Of a stretch of 64,000 nt of DNA, positions 22,458-36,619 are shown piece by piece (the stretch's first letter is position 1; each line of letters opens with the position of its first letter). Below the pieces are notes generated by a model. That model was not told the origin of the DNA. It was given only the letters and a program-made list of their open reading frames with translations, and made no database searches. Where the stretch lies: contig OZ024742.1 in the NCBI GenBank assembly GCA_964016885.1, forward strand, positions 9,114,001 through 9,178,000, in the 5' to 3' direction. This DNA comes from Eledone cirrhosa (Eukaryota). The position numbers and the translations under genes were made by a program.

Positions 22458-23538
22458 ATTTTCTAATTTTACGTCTTTTATATTATTGTTCTGCATTCTC
22501 CTGCATTGAACCACCTAGGTACTATGACATAACCTGTGTATTTGCTAGCATGGGCGTGCATCTGTGCGCTTATGTTAGTTGATATATTAAATTATCTATA
22601 TTTATCTCCAAATCACTGATTTGTCAAGCAAACTTGCCAAAACCACTTCTAAAAAAACTTTTTTTTGGGGTGTTAGTAGGCGTCAGTCATCTTACCATCC
22701 CATTCCTTCTAACTAGCCTCTGTGTCACGTGATTGATTCTTTAGAATCGGCCATTTGACTTGAAGCAGTGAGAATTTCGGTACATAGAATCCAGTCCTCG
22801 CAAGCTGTTCGATCTACCGAATTATTATTATTTTTATATGAGCCGCCAGTGTCCGCGCATTGCCTGGAGACTTAACTGAGAATAGACTCCCCGATGACGC
22901 AATGAATTCTCGACAGTTGGATTACGTAACTGTCTTTATCCCATTGCAGAAACTAATTAGTTGGAGTGAAAACTTAAGTAAAAAATTTTTTTTTTAAATT
23001 TAAAAAAAAATATATTTTCTTATTTTACGTCTTTTATATTATTGTTCTGCATTCTCCTGCATTGAACCACAGGTGCTATGACATAACCTGTGTATTTGCT
23101 AGCATGGGCGTGCATCTGTGCGCTTATGTTAGTTGATATATTAACTTATCTATATTTATCTCCAAATCACTGATTTGTCGAGCAAACTTGCCAAAACCAC
23201 TTCTAAAAAAACTTTTTTTTGGGGTGTTAGTAGGCGTCAGTCATCTTACCATTCCATTCCTTCTAACTAGCCTCTGTGTCACGTGATTGATTCTTTAGAA
23301 TCGGCCATTTGACTTGAAGCAGTGAGAATTTCGGTACATAGAAACCAGTCCTCGCAAGCTGTTCGATCTACCGAATTATTATTATTTTTATATGAGCCGC
23401 CAGTGTCCGCGCATTGCCTGGAGACTTAACTGAGAATAGACTCCCTGATGACGCAATGAATTCTCGACAGTTGGATTACGTAACTGTCTTTATCCCATTG
23501 CAGAAACTAATTAGTTGGAGTGAAAATTTAAGTAAGTA

Positions 23539-23570
<32 letters not shown>

Positions 23571-26500
23571 TATTTTCTTATTTTACGTCTTTTATATTAT
23601 TGTTCTGCATCCTCCTGCATTGAACCACCTAGGTACTATGACATAACCTGTGTATTTGCTAGCATGGGCGTGCATCTGTGCGCTTATGTTAGTTGATATA
23701 TTAAATTATCTATATTTATCTCCAAATCACTGATTTGTCAAGCAAACTTGCCAAAACCACTTCTAAAAAAACTTTTTTTTGGGGTGTTAGTAGGCGTCAG
23801 TCATCTTACCATCCCATTCCTTCTAACTAGCCTCTGTGTCACGTGATTGATTCTTTAGAATCGGCCATTTGACTTGAAGCAGTGAGAATTTCGGTACATA
23901 GAATCCAGTCCTCGCAAGCTGTTCGATCTACCGAATTATTATTATTTTTATATGAGCCGCCAGTGTCCGCGCATTGCCTGGAGACTTAACTGAGAATAGA
24001 CTCCCTGATGACGCAATGAATTCTCGACAGTTGGATTACGTAACTGTCTTTATCCCATTGCAGAAACTAATTAGTTGGAGTGAACATTTAAGTAAGTAAA
24101 AAATTTAAAAAAAAATTTTTTTTTTAAAATATTTTCTTATTTTACGTCTTTTATATTATTGTTCTGCATTCTCCTGCATTGAACCACCTAGGTACTATGA
24201 CATAACCTGTGTATTTGCTAGCATGGGCGTGCATCCGTGCGCTTATGTTAGTTGATATATTAAATTATCTATATTTATCTCCAAATCACTGATTTGTCGA
24301 GCAAACTTGCCAAAACCACTTCTAAAAAAACTTTTTTTTGGTGTGTTAGTAGGCGTCAGTCATCTTACCATCCCATTCCTTCTAACTAGCCTCTGTGTCA
24401 CGTGATTGATTCTTTAGAATCGGCCATTTGACTTGAAGCAGTGAGAATTTCGGTACATAGAATCCAGTCCTCGCAAGCTGTTCGATCTACCGAATTATTA
24501 TTATTTTTATATGAGCCGCCAGTGTCCGCGCATTGCCTGGAGACTTAACTGAGAATAGACTCCCTGATGACGCAATGAATTCTCGACAGTTGGATTACGT
24601 AACTGTCTTTATCCCATTGCAGAAACTAATTAGTTGGAGTGAAAATTTAAGTAAGTAAAAAATTTAAAAAAAAAATTTTTTTTTAAAAATATTTTCTTAT
24701 TTTACGTCTTTTATATTATTGTTCTGCATTCTCCTGCATTGAACCACCTAGGTACTATGACATAACCTCTGTATTTGCTAGCATGGGCGTGCATCTGTGC
24801 GCTTATGTTAGTTGATATATTAAATTATCTATATTTATCTCCAAATCACTGATTTGTCGAGCAAACTTGCCAAAACCACTTCTAAAAAAACTTTTTTTGG
24901 GGTGTTAGTAGGCGTCAGTCATCTTACCATCCCATTCCTTCTAACTAGCCTCTGTGTCACGTGATTGATTCTTTAGAATCGGCCATTTGACTTGAAGCAG
25001 TGAGAATTTCGGTACATAGAATCCAGTCCTCGCAAGCTGTTCGATCTACCGAATTATTTTTATTTTTATATGAGCCGCCAGTGTCCGCGCATTGCCTGGA
25101 GACTTAACTGAGAATAGACTCCCTGATGACGCAATGAATTCTCGACAGTTGGATTACGTAACTGTCTTTATCCCATTGCAGAAACTAATTAGTTGGAGTG
25201 AAAATTTAAGTAAGTAAAAAATTAAAAAAAATTTTTTTTTTTTTTAAATATTTTCTTATTTTACGTCTTTTATATTATTGTTCTGCATTCTCCTGCATTG
25301 AACCACCTAGGTACTATGACATAACCTGTGTATTTGCTAGCATGGGCGTGCATCTGTGCGCTTATGTTAGTTGATATATTAAATTATCTATATTTATCTC
25401 CAAATCACTGATTTGTCAAGCAAACTTGCCAAAACCACTTCTAAAAAAACCTTTTTTTGGGGTGTTAGTAGGCGTCAGTCATCTCACCATCCCATTCCTT
25501 CTAACTAGCCTCTGTGTCACGTGATTGATTCTTTAGAATCGGCCATTTGACTTGAAGCAGTGAGAATTTCGGTACATAGAATCCAGTCCTCGCAAGCTGT
25601 TCGATCTACCGAATTATTATTATTTTTATATGAGCCGCCAGTGTCCGCGCATTGCCTGGAGACTTAACTGAGAATAGACTCCCTGATGACGCAATGAATT
25701 CTCGACAGTTGGATTACGTAACTGTCTTTATCCCATTGCAGAAACTAATTAGTTGGAGTGAACATTTAAGTAAGTAAAAAATTTAAAAAAAAAATTTTTT
25801 TTTAAAAATATTTTCTTATTTTACGTCTTTTATATTATTGTTCTGCATTCTCCTGCATTGAACCACCTAGGTACTATGACATAACCTGTGTATTTGCTAG
25901 CATGGGCGTGCATCTGTGCGCTTATGTTAGTTGATATATTAAATTATCTATATTTATCTCCAAATCACTGATTTGTCGAGCAAACTTGCCAAAACCACTT
26001 CTAAAAAAACTTTTTTTGGGGGTGTTAGTAGGCGTCAGTCATCTTACCATCCCATTCCTTCTAACTAGCCTCTGTGTCACGTGATTGATTCTTTAGAATC
26101 GGCCATTTGACTTGAAGCAGTGAGAATTTCGGTACATAGAATCCAGTCCTCGCAAGCTGTTCGATCTACCGAATTATTATTATTTTTATATGAGCCGCCA
26201 GTGTCCGCGCATTGCCTGGAGACTTAACTGAGAATAGACTCCCTGATGACGCAATGAATTCTCGACAGTTGGATTACGTAACTGTCTTTATCCCATTGCA
26301 GAAACTAATTAGTTGGAGTGAAAATTTAAGTAAGTAAAAAATTTAAAAAAAAAATTTTTTTTTAAAAATATTTTCTTATTTTACGTCTTTTATATTATTG
26401 TTCTGCATTCTCCTGCATTGAACCACCTAGGTACTATGACATAACCTCTGTATTTGCTAGCATGGGCGTGCATCTGTGCGCTTATGTTAGTTGATATATT

Positions 26501-29308
26501 AAATTATCTATATTTATCTCCAAATCACTGATTTGTAGAGCAAACTTGCCAAAACCACTTCTAAAAAAACTTTTTTTTGGGGTGTTAGTAGGCGTCAGTC
26601 ATCTTACCATCCCATTCCTTCTAACTAGCCTCTGTGTCACGTGATTGATTCTTTAGAATCGGCCATTTGACTTGAAGCAGTGAGAATTTCGGTCATAGAA
26701 TCCAGTCCTCGCAAGCTGTTCGATCGACCGAATTATTATTATTTTTATATGAGCCGCCAGTGTCCGCGCATTGCCTGGAGACTTAACTGAGAATAGACTC
26801 CCTGATGACGCAATGAATTCTCGACAGTTGGATTACGTAACTGTCTTTATCCCATTGCAGAAACTAATTAGTTGGAGTGAAAATTTAAGTAAGTAAAAAA
26901 TTTAAAAAAAAATTTTTTTTTTAAAAATATTTTCTTATTTTACGTCTTTTATATTATTGTTCTGCATTCTCCTGCATTGAACCACCTAGGTACTATGACA
27001 TAACCTGTGTATTTGCTAGCATGGGCGTGCATCTGTGCGCTTATGTTAGTTGATATATTAAATTATCTATATTTATCTCCAAATCACTGATTTGTCGAGC
27101 AAACTTGCCAAAACCACTTCTAAAAAAACTTTTTTTTGGGGTGTTAGTAGGCGTCAGTCATCTTACCATCCCATTCCTTCTAACTAGCCTCTGTGTCACG
27201 TGATTGATTCTTTAGAATCGGCCATTTGACTTGAAGCAGTGAGAATTTCGGTACATAGAATCCAGTCCTCGCAAGCTGTTCGATCTACCGAATTATTATT
27301 ATTTTTATATGAGCCGCCAGTGTCCGCGCATTGCCTGGAGACTTAACTGAGAATAGACTCCCTGATGACGCAATGAATTCTCGACAGTTGGATTACGTAA
27401 CTGTCTTTATCCCATTGCAGAAACTAATTAGTTGGAGTGAAAATTTAAGTAAGTAAAAAATTAAAAAAAAAATTTTTTTTTTTTAAATATTTCCTTATTT
27501 TACGTCTTTTATATTATTGTTCTGCATTCTCCTGCATTGACCCACCTAGGTACTATGACATAACCTCTGTATTTGCTAGCATGGGCGTGCATTTGTGCGC
27601 TTATGTTAGTTGATATATTAAATTATCTATATTTATCTCCAAATCACTGATTTGTCGAGCAAACTTGCCAAAACCACTTCTAAAAAAACTTTTTTTGGGG
27701 GTGTTAGTAGGCGTCAGTCATCTTACCATCCCATTCCTTCTAACTAGCCTCTGTGTCACGTGATTGATTCTTTAGAATCGGCCATTTGACTTGAAGCAGT
27801 GAGAATTTCGGTACATAGAATCCAGTCCTCGCAAGCTGTTCGATCTACCGAATTATTATTATTTTTATATGAGCCGCCAGTGTCCGCGCATTGCCTGGAG
27901 ACTTAACTGAGAATAGACTCCCTGATGACGCAATGAATTCTCGACAGTTGGATTACGTAACTGTCTTTATCCCATTGCAGAAACTAATTAGTTGGAGTGA
28001 AAATTTAAGTAAGTAAAAAATTAAAAAAAAAATTTTTTTTTTAAAAATATTTTCTTATTTTACGTCTTTTATATTATTGTTCTGCATTCTCCTGCATTGA
28101 ACCACCTAAGTACTATGACATAACCTGTGTATTTGCTAGCATGGGCGTGCATCTGTGCGCTTATGTTAGTTGATATATTAAATTATCTATATTTATCTCC
28201 AAATCACTGATTTGTCAAGCAAACTTGCCAAAACCCCTTCTAAAAAAACTTTTTTTGGGGGTGTTAGTAGGCGTCAGTCATCTTACCATCCCATTCCTTC
28301 TAACTAGCCTCTGTGTCACGTGATTGATTCTTTAGAATCGGCCATTTGACTTGAAGCAGTGAGAATTTCGGTACATAGAATCCAGTCCTCGCAAGCTGTT
28401 CGATCTACCGAATTATTATTATTTTTATATGAGCCGCCAGTGTCCGCGCATTGCCTGGAGACTTAACTGAGAATAGACTCCCTGATGACGCAATGAATTC
28501 TCGACAGTTGGATTACGTAACTGTCTTTATCCCATTGCAGAAACTAATTAGTTGGAGTGAAAATTTAAGTAAGTAAAAAATTAAAAAAAAAATTTTTTTT
28601 TTAAAAATATTTTCTTATTTTACGTCTTTTATATTATTGTTCTGCATTCTCCTGCATTGAACCACCTAGGTACTATGACATAACCTGTGTATTTGCTAGC
28701 ATGGGCGTGCATCTGTGCGCTTATGTTAGTTGATATATTAACTTATCTATATTTATCTCCAAATCACTGATTTGTCGAGCAAACTTGCCAAAACCACTTC
28801 TAAAAAAATTTTTTTTTGGGGTGTTAGTAGGCGTCAGTCATCTTACCATCCCATTCCTTCTAACTAGCCTCTGTGTCACGTGATTGATTCTTTAGAATCG
28901 GCCATTTGACTTGAAGCAGTGAGAATTTCGGTACATAGAATCCAGTCCTCGCAAGCTGTTCGATCTACCGAATTATTATTATTTTTATATGAGCCGCCAG
29001 TGTCCCCGCATTGCCTGGAGACTTAACTGAGAATAGACTCCCTGATGACGCAATGAATTCTCGACAGTTGGATTACGTAACTGTCTTTATCCCATTGCAG
29101 AAACTAATTAGTTGGAGTGAAAATTTAAGTAAGTAAAAAAGTTTTTTTAAAAATTTTTTTTAAAATATATTTTCTTATTTTACGTCTTTTATATTATTGT
29201 TCTGCATTCTCCTGCATTGAACCACCTAGGTACTATGACATAACCTGTGTATTTGCTAGCATGGGCGTGCATCTGTGCGCTTATGTTAGTTGATATATTA
29301 AATTATCT
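22458..29308 (+). repeat. Tandem array of 12 full plus one partial ~556-560 bp units, near-identical, each with a hammerhead motif (retrozyme-like)
   Basis: Marker ACGTCTTTTATATT at 22471, 23027, 23585, 24144, 24704, 25263, 25823, 26383, 26942, 27502, 28062, 28622, 29182; no ORF >=60 aa inside. Confidence 0.95.
23424..23533 (+). ncRNA. Type I hammerhead ribozyme motif (array unit 2; repeated every ~560 bp)
   Basis: ACTCC(23440-44)-CTGATGA(23445-51)-stem II GCAATG/CATTGC with inner GACAGTT/AACTGTC-GAAA(23503-06)-C TAATTA-GTT|GGAGT(23517-21); outer stem I ACTTAA/TTAAGT. Confidence 0.8.
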
Positions 29309-29800
29309 CTATATATATATATATATATATAGACTATGAGCGGAGAGAGCAAAATAGCTCTCGTGGTGTACAGGATGAAATGAAGAGAAGAGAGAGAGAG
29401 AGCTATTTTTCTTTCTCCGCTCATAGCCTTCGCTCGTGTATTGTCTGTTCTAAAAGCGCTCATATATTCACCTAGCTGATGCTAAACAGAATAATTTTTG
29501 AAGCTTGTTTCTTTCCCCTGGTTAGCCTTACTCTGTTGTTCTCCTGTCTCACTCGCTTTACGCGTTTTAATTGTCCTAATAACTTATTTTGGTTATTATT
29601 GCACCGAAGTGAGGTATATGATTTTTAATGCAATGAAATATCTATGATCTTCGGCAAATCACTGATGAGGGACTCATTTTATTACATGTTATCCATGTGC
29701 TACCTGCAGTATTTTTCTCTCTCTATATATATATATATACACATATATATATGTGTGTATATGTGCACACCTACACATTCACACACATATACATATACAT

Positions 29801-29883
<83 letters not shown>

Positions 29884-30064
29884 CACACTCACACATATGT
29901 GTGCATATACACATACACACACACACACATACATATACACACACACATACATACACATACATACACACACACACACAAACACATACATTCACACATATAT
30001 ATACATATATACACATACACACACACATACATATAAAATCTCATATATATATATATATATATAT

Positions 30065-30497
30065 GCAAAGTTTTATTTAAATTGTTGGGTTACAACGAGT
30101 AAATATTTATAACTGGTATAAAAGCACTCAACAAGTATTTGGAGTATATTTACGATATTAAATAAATGGAAACTATATTTATAAAACCATATTTATTTCA
30201 TTATATATATTTCAGGGATATCATATTAAAAATATGGTATGCCTTCATCAGACAAAATACAATATAAACAGTCTTATAAATAGATAGATTTGACATACCT
30301 TACAACTTCAACTTCTATTTAACTTTTTAAATGGAAGTTGAAGTTGTAAGGTATGTCAAATCTATCTATTTATAAGACTGTTTATATTGTATTTTGTCTG
30401 ATGAAGGCATACCTTATTTTTAATATGATATCCCTGAAATATATATAATGAAATAAATATGGTTTTATAAATATAGTTTCCATTTATTTAATATCGT
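30065..30497. mobile_element. Fold-back pLTR remnant with two opposed hammerheads (family C)
   Basis: Near-perfect inverted arms centred ~30325; CTGATGA 30398-30404, GAAA at 30436; homologous to 53325-54580 and 59160-59300. Confidence 0.8.
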
Positions 30498-30523
30498 ATA
30501 TATACATACATATATATACCCAT

Positions 30524-30604
<81 letters not shown>

Positions 30605-31289
30605 CATACATATATATATACATATATATACATATATACAAACACACACATACACATTTACAAGCAAACACGCATACATACACATACATACATACAAATA
30701 AGTACACATAAACACATATGCACAAACACGCACTCGTTCGCACTCATACATGTGTCAATAGTATAAAGGTGGTGGGACAAATTTTAATTTTAAATTTTAA
30801 ATTTTAAACTGGGCCTGATAGAGGATAAAATAATTAATGTCACTATTAAGTTATTAATATTATCATCAAGTAATTAATTACTATTTATTATTTATTACTT
30901 ACTATTTACCATTCACTATTTGTTACTTATCTTTTATCCCTTATCTATTCATTACCTAATCATTCACTCATAAATTAATAAATAAATGAATGAGTTAACT
31001 AATAAACAAACAAACAAACAAACAGATAAACAAATAAACCAGTAAATAAGTAAATAAATAAACAAATAAATAAATAAATGGATAAACAAATAAATAAGTA
31101 AATAAAGTAACTAAATAAATAAATATACAGTTAAATAGATAAATAAATCATGAACGTGTGCGTGCAGCAGTTCATAACTGCGCGTATGCAAACATGAGCA
31201 GGTATATACGTGAATTTGTGTGTGCCGCCACGGAACTTTACTCAGAGGCATACAACACAATATATAAGACCTGGAGGGGAGGAAAGAAG

Positions 31290-31920
31290 GTAATAATGAG
31301 AGATAGAGGGACGGAAATGGGATGGGGGCGGGGTGATATGAGGGGGGGGGGGCAGTCGGGAGGCCGGGGGGTCTGTAGTTTTTGTAATTTGCATAGTTCT
31401 TGTGCATGCAATTAGGGGAGTGTTCCGAGATCTTGTTGCGGAGAGGGCCTTTGGCGAATAGAATCTCATAGCTCTCGGAGATACAGAGGTCACAGCAATT
31501 ATGGCCTCCCGTGTATGATCGCGCTCTCTGGAGTAGTCTCCATTGGGTCTTGAAGGGGATGGAGTTCCTTTTTAGGTGCCAGATGTGGGCGGCGAGTGTA
31601 GTTTGGTTAGATTTGACTGGGCGCCGGAACGAACGTGTGTGGGCGTACCAGCGAGTCTTAAAACTATTAGAAGTCATCCCGATGTACGAGTTTCTTTTTT
31701 CATCGGGGCCTGAGAGTACATCGCATATATACACGAGATCTTTTTTTAGACAGTTGTTGTTGAGAAGGCAGGTCGTCTTATCAGGGCAATTGCAGTTGCT
31801 ATCGGTTGCTGGATGGGCTTCGGAAAAAGTAGACTTATTTAGCTTCTTGATGTTGTTGTTGGCTAAGTTTCTAGCTAGATTAGGTGTGGTAGAGTAAGAG
31901 AGTCTAATGGTATTCTTGAT
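31290..31920 (-). pseudogene. PLE ORF C-terminus: CxCx5Cx5C linker + GIY-YIG endonuclease (Naiad-like)
   Basis: CNCPDKTTCLLNNNC, VYICDV..SYIGMTSNSFKTRWYAH, TTLAAHIW, CDLCISE, CMH. Confidence 0.88.
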
Positions 31921-32219
31921 GATAATATTAATAACTTTAATATTCTTGATGATACTATTAATAACTTAATAGTGACATTAATTATTTTATCCTCTATCAG
32001 GCCCAGTTTAAAATTTAAAATTTAAAATTAAAATTTGTCCCACCACCTTTATACAAATAGACACATGTATGTGTGCGAACGAGTGCGTGTTTGTGCATAT
32101 GCGTTTATGTGTACTTATTTGTATGTATGTGTATGTATGCGTGTTTGCTTGTAAATGTGTATGTGTGTGTTTGTATATATGTATATATATGTATATATAT
32201 ATGTATGTATATATATGTA

Positions 32220-32258
<39 letters not shown>

Positions 32259-32441
32259 ATGGGTATATATGTATATATATATATATATATGAGATTTTAT
32301 ATGTATGTGTGTGTGTGTATGTGTATATATGTATATATATGTGTGAATGTATGTGTTTGTGTGTGTGTATGTATGTGTGTGCATATGTATGTATGTGTAT
32401 GTATAGTATAGTTTACACGAGAGAGACATACGTACATGTAG

Positions 32442-32493
<52 letters not shown>

Positions 32494-32797
32494 ACATATA
32501 TATGTATATATATATATATATGTATGTGTATGCGCACGTGTGTATGTGTAGATATATATATATATGTGTGTGTATGTGTATCCGTGTGTGTGTGTATATT
32601 TGTGTGTTTGGGTTTTCCTTGTGTATATATGTATATATGTGTGTATGTATGTATGTGTGTGTGTGTATATATGTATGTGTGTGTGTGTGTATGTGTATAC
32701 GCACACATATGTGTGTGTGTGTATATATATATATATATGTGTGTATGTATATGTATATGTGTGTGAATGTGTAGGTGTGCACATACACACACATATA

Positions 32798-32830
<33 letters not shown>

Positions 32831-33345
32831 GTGGGTATATATGTGTGTGTAAGTGTTTAAATATATGTGTGTGTATATATATGTGTGTGTAAGTGTTTTT
32901 GTATGTGGTTGTGAGAATGATATTTTATTCTTTCCATCCTACAAAAACACTCTGGCCACCTGTGGCTTGTATGTTAACTTGACCATTCGCCCCAGTCTGT
33001 GCCATGATTCGGTCTTGCTAAATGTTTAATTTCTATTACAAACCCACCTAAATTTCCCTACTATATATCTGTTGAATTACTATTCTTGGGGTTTTTATTT
33101 ATTTATTTTTATTTATTTTTTTATTTATTTTATTTATTTATTCTTTTATCTATTTATTCATTTATTTATTTATTGACTTATTTATTTATTTCAAAAAAGC
33201 ACTCTGGCTAATTGACCACTCCCCAAAGAAAAAACGGCCTGTGCCATGAAATGGTCCTGTGTACCTAAATACCATCCCCCACCCCTTCCACCCCCTCCTT
33301 TATCACTACCTAAATGTATAAATACCAGAACTTAGTATGACACCC

Positions 33346-33396
33346 AGCTTCCTGAAGATTTCATCTGAATGAAACAGTACTAGTCCTGTAGAAGCT
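33346..33396 (+). ncRNA. Type I hammerhead motif (family A)
   Basis: AGCTTC-CTGAAGA(33352-58)-TTTCATCTGAAT-GAAACAG-TACTAGTC-CTGTA|GAAGCT. Confidence 0.75.
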
Positions 33397-33482
33397 CCTT
33401 CTATAAAATAAACAAATTTTACTCTGCCATGTATTGAGTACCTTACTTACTATGGTTATCCCCGACTCAACCCGGGACCTAC

Positions 33483-33537
<55 letters not shown>

Positions 33538-34232
33538 ATGTGTAAGATTGCAAAACGGTAAATAAAAAATATATATCAAGATTCAATGTAAAGATATCAT
33601 AAGGTATTTGGAATCCAGTATTGTGAAAGATAATAATAGCCATTAAACGAGAAAGAAATTATATATAAACATATATTGTGAAACAAAACAAACTAGAATT
33701 CTAATGGAGTTTTCCAGCCGAATTTCCACATTTTGTTTATATTTAGTATCAGCAAATTTTCCCTATGGCATCCCTTTCCTGGATGACACCAGATTATTGC
33801 TGGTGATTCTAGCATTTCTAGACGAGAGAATCCTTACGTCTGCCGAGTTTATAAGACGCAAAAACAACCCAAGGATCTACTTATATATATTTATGTTAAA
33901 CTTTGTTTCGAGAAAATCATGTTGTTCGTACATGACATTTATCAGGCTTCGCCAACGAATTATAAATATTCAACAGCATTAGTATATGAATATTATCATC
34001 ATTTTCATCATGTTTACCATCATTTTCGTCTAGTTTATCCTTTCTCCATCCCCACATCCTACGACACCATCACCATTGTCTTCAGTCTTCATCTTCAACG
34101 TCAAAGTTCTCGTCATCACCAGACCAGGATCTTTCTCATCGGCGTAGTGACGTGTAACAACATATTGATAGGTCATCTTTATAATCCTCCTTCGTTCTGT
34201 GTATCATGTCAACAAGACACCACTTCCTGCTT

Positions 34233-34292
<60 letters not shown>

Positions 34293-34394
34293 GCGCGCAC
34301 ACGCACACGCACACGCACACACACACACACATATATATATATATACATACATAAATATACTATATATATATATATTATATATATATATATATAT

Positions 34395-34777
34395 ATAAGT
34401 ATATCCCAGGTTCTACCGGGAGTAACCACAGTAAGGTACTCAATACAAAGCAGAGTATAAATATTTAATATAGAAAGGCTTCCACAGGACTAGAACTGTT
34501 TCATTCGGTAGAAATCATCAAGAAGCCTGCTGCTTGATGATCTCTACCGAATGAAACAGTTCTAGTCCTGTAGAAGCCTTTCTCTCTCTCTATATATATA
34601 TACGTTATTCCGGGTTGAATCGGAGGTAACCACAGTAAGTAAGGTACTCAATACATTGCAGAGTATAAAAGTTTTAATATAGATGAGATCTACTAGAACT
34701 GTTTCATTCTTTAGAAATCATCAGGAATCTCTGATGATTTCTAAAGAATGAAACATTTCTAGTCCTGTAGAATCTCA

Positions 34778-34782
<5 letters not shown>
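34395..34782. mobile_element. Two consecutive mini fold-back pLTR remnants (family A), four hammerhead-like motifs
   Basis: TGATGA..GAATGAAACA..CTAGTCCTGTAGAA in both orientations around ~34528 and ~34727; flanked by (TA)n. Confidence 0.75.
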
Positions 34783-35348
<566 letters not shown>

Positions 35349-36106
35349 AAAGAATAGAGGTGTAACACACAAGTTATTATATATTGGTAAACGGAATAGA
35401 AAATGCTGACAAATTGTTCACAGTTGAAAAATGGTTTAATTAGGAATAACAGAGTATTAGTGATTGTATGGGTTAGTATTCAGTTGTGGTTTTAAGTTTT
35501 TAAGTTTTTACCGGTTGCGCATTTCTAAATGGTTTTCAAAAATAATTTTGAGATAGAGTGTCCGTGCTGTTTGCTGGCTGTCACATGGTTTTCCCAAAAA
35601 GAGGTAACCCGGGTTTTTGGCGGTCAAAATTCAAATTTTGAACAAAGGAATAAATTCCTTTCTACAAACCGAATACAGCTCTTCACCAGACGTTATTAAA
35701 CAAACATAAATAATTAACCAATCAATAGAATTGTCTAATTAAATTAATCAATTAATCATTAAGTCTAGGAGATAATAATACAAATGGAAGTACAGCATAA
35801 CCGAAGCTCTGGCTGCAGCTAAACTAACGAATGCAATCGGAATGTACAGCTAAGCACTCAATAAGGTATTTTACCTTAGAGTAATAACATTACGTTTAGA
35901 CACCTTTGCAAATTGAAGATTGCGACCGGTAAGACAGCCACAGGGCCAAGTAACGTGAAAACTGACTCAGGATAATTTGACAATCCTGGACCATCGCGTC
36001 CATATTAAGTAATATCTCCACTAGGTTTCTGTGAATCGGAAATATATATATATATATATTAAACGAAGAATTATACACATTTCTACACGAGCATAGATAC
36101 ATGTAT

Positions 36107-36281
36107 AGATACATACATACATACATACATACATACATACATACATACATACATACATACATACATACATACATACATACATGCATACATGCATACATAC
36201 ATACATACATACATACATACATACATACATACATACATACATACATACATACATACATACATACATACATACATACATACA
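36107..36281. repeat. (CATA)n microsatellite
   Basis: Direct reading. Confidence 0.95.
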
Positions 36282-36619
36282 GGGTGTCCAACTTATATTG
36301 AGTTTGGTTCTATGAAAGAGCTAATAAAATTAACAGATTCAGAACCTAATAATATCAAATATGGGAAAAGTAACCAAGTTAAGAAAAAAATCTTTGCTTA
36401 CTCACTTTAATGTCTTTACTGCAACTTCATTAGGAAAACAACGGTACACTGAGTAGAATATCGCGAGGAATCCCAAATCACCAGGAGACTTTCTCTATCG
36501 AGAAATATAATTCAAGACAAGAATTTCCAATCACCAGAAAATTCCTGACAGACAAATTCACAGCATTTTAAACAATTCATAGTGAAACACTATGTATCTA
36601 TATTATACCTAACCATAAC

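Larger units (their letters stand above)
19462..33483 (-). mobile_element. 5'-truncated PLE with inverted pLTR arms and three nested insertions
   Basis: 19462-19810 + 21741-21960 + 29720-30060 + 30510-30880 are the reverse complement of ~31920-33405; GIY-YIG region between the arms; hammerheads at both outer ends. Confidence 0.8.

Noticed and set aside
22458-29308. CRISPR array, or rDNA/snRNA tandem cluster
   Set aside because: Units are identical along their whole length with no unique spacers, there are no cas genes, and I recognise no 5S, U snRNA or tRNA sequence
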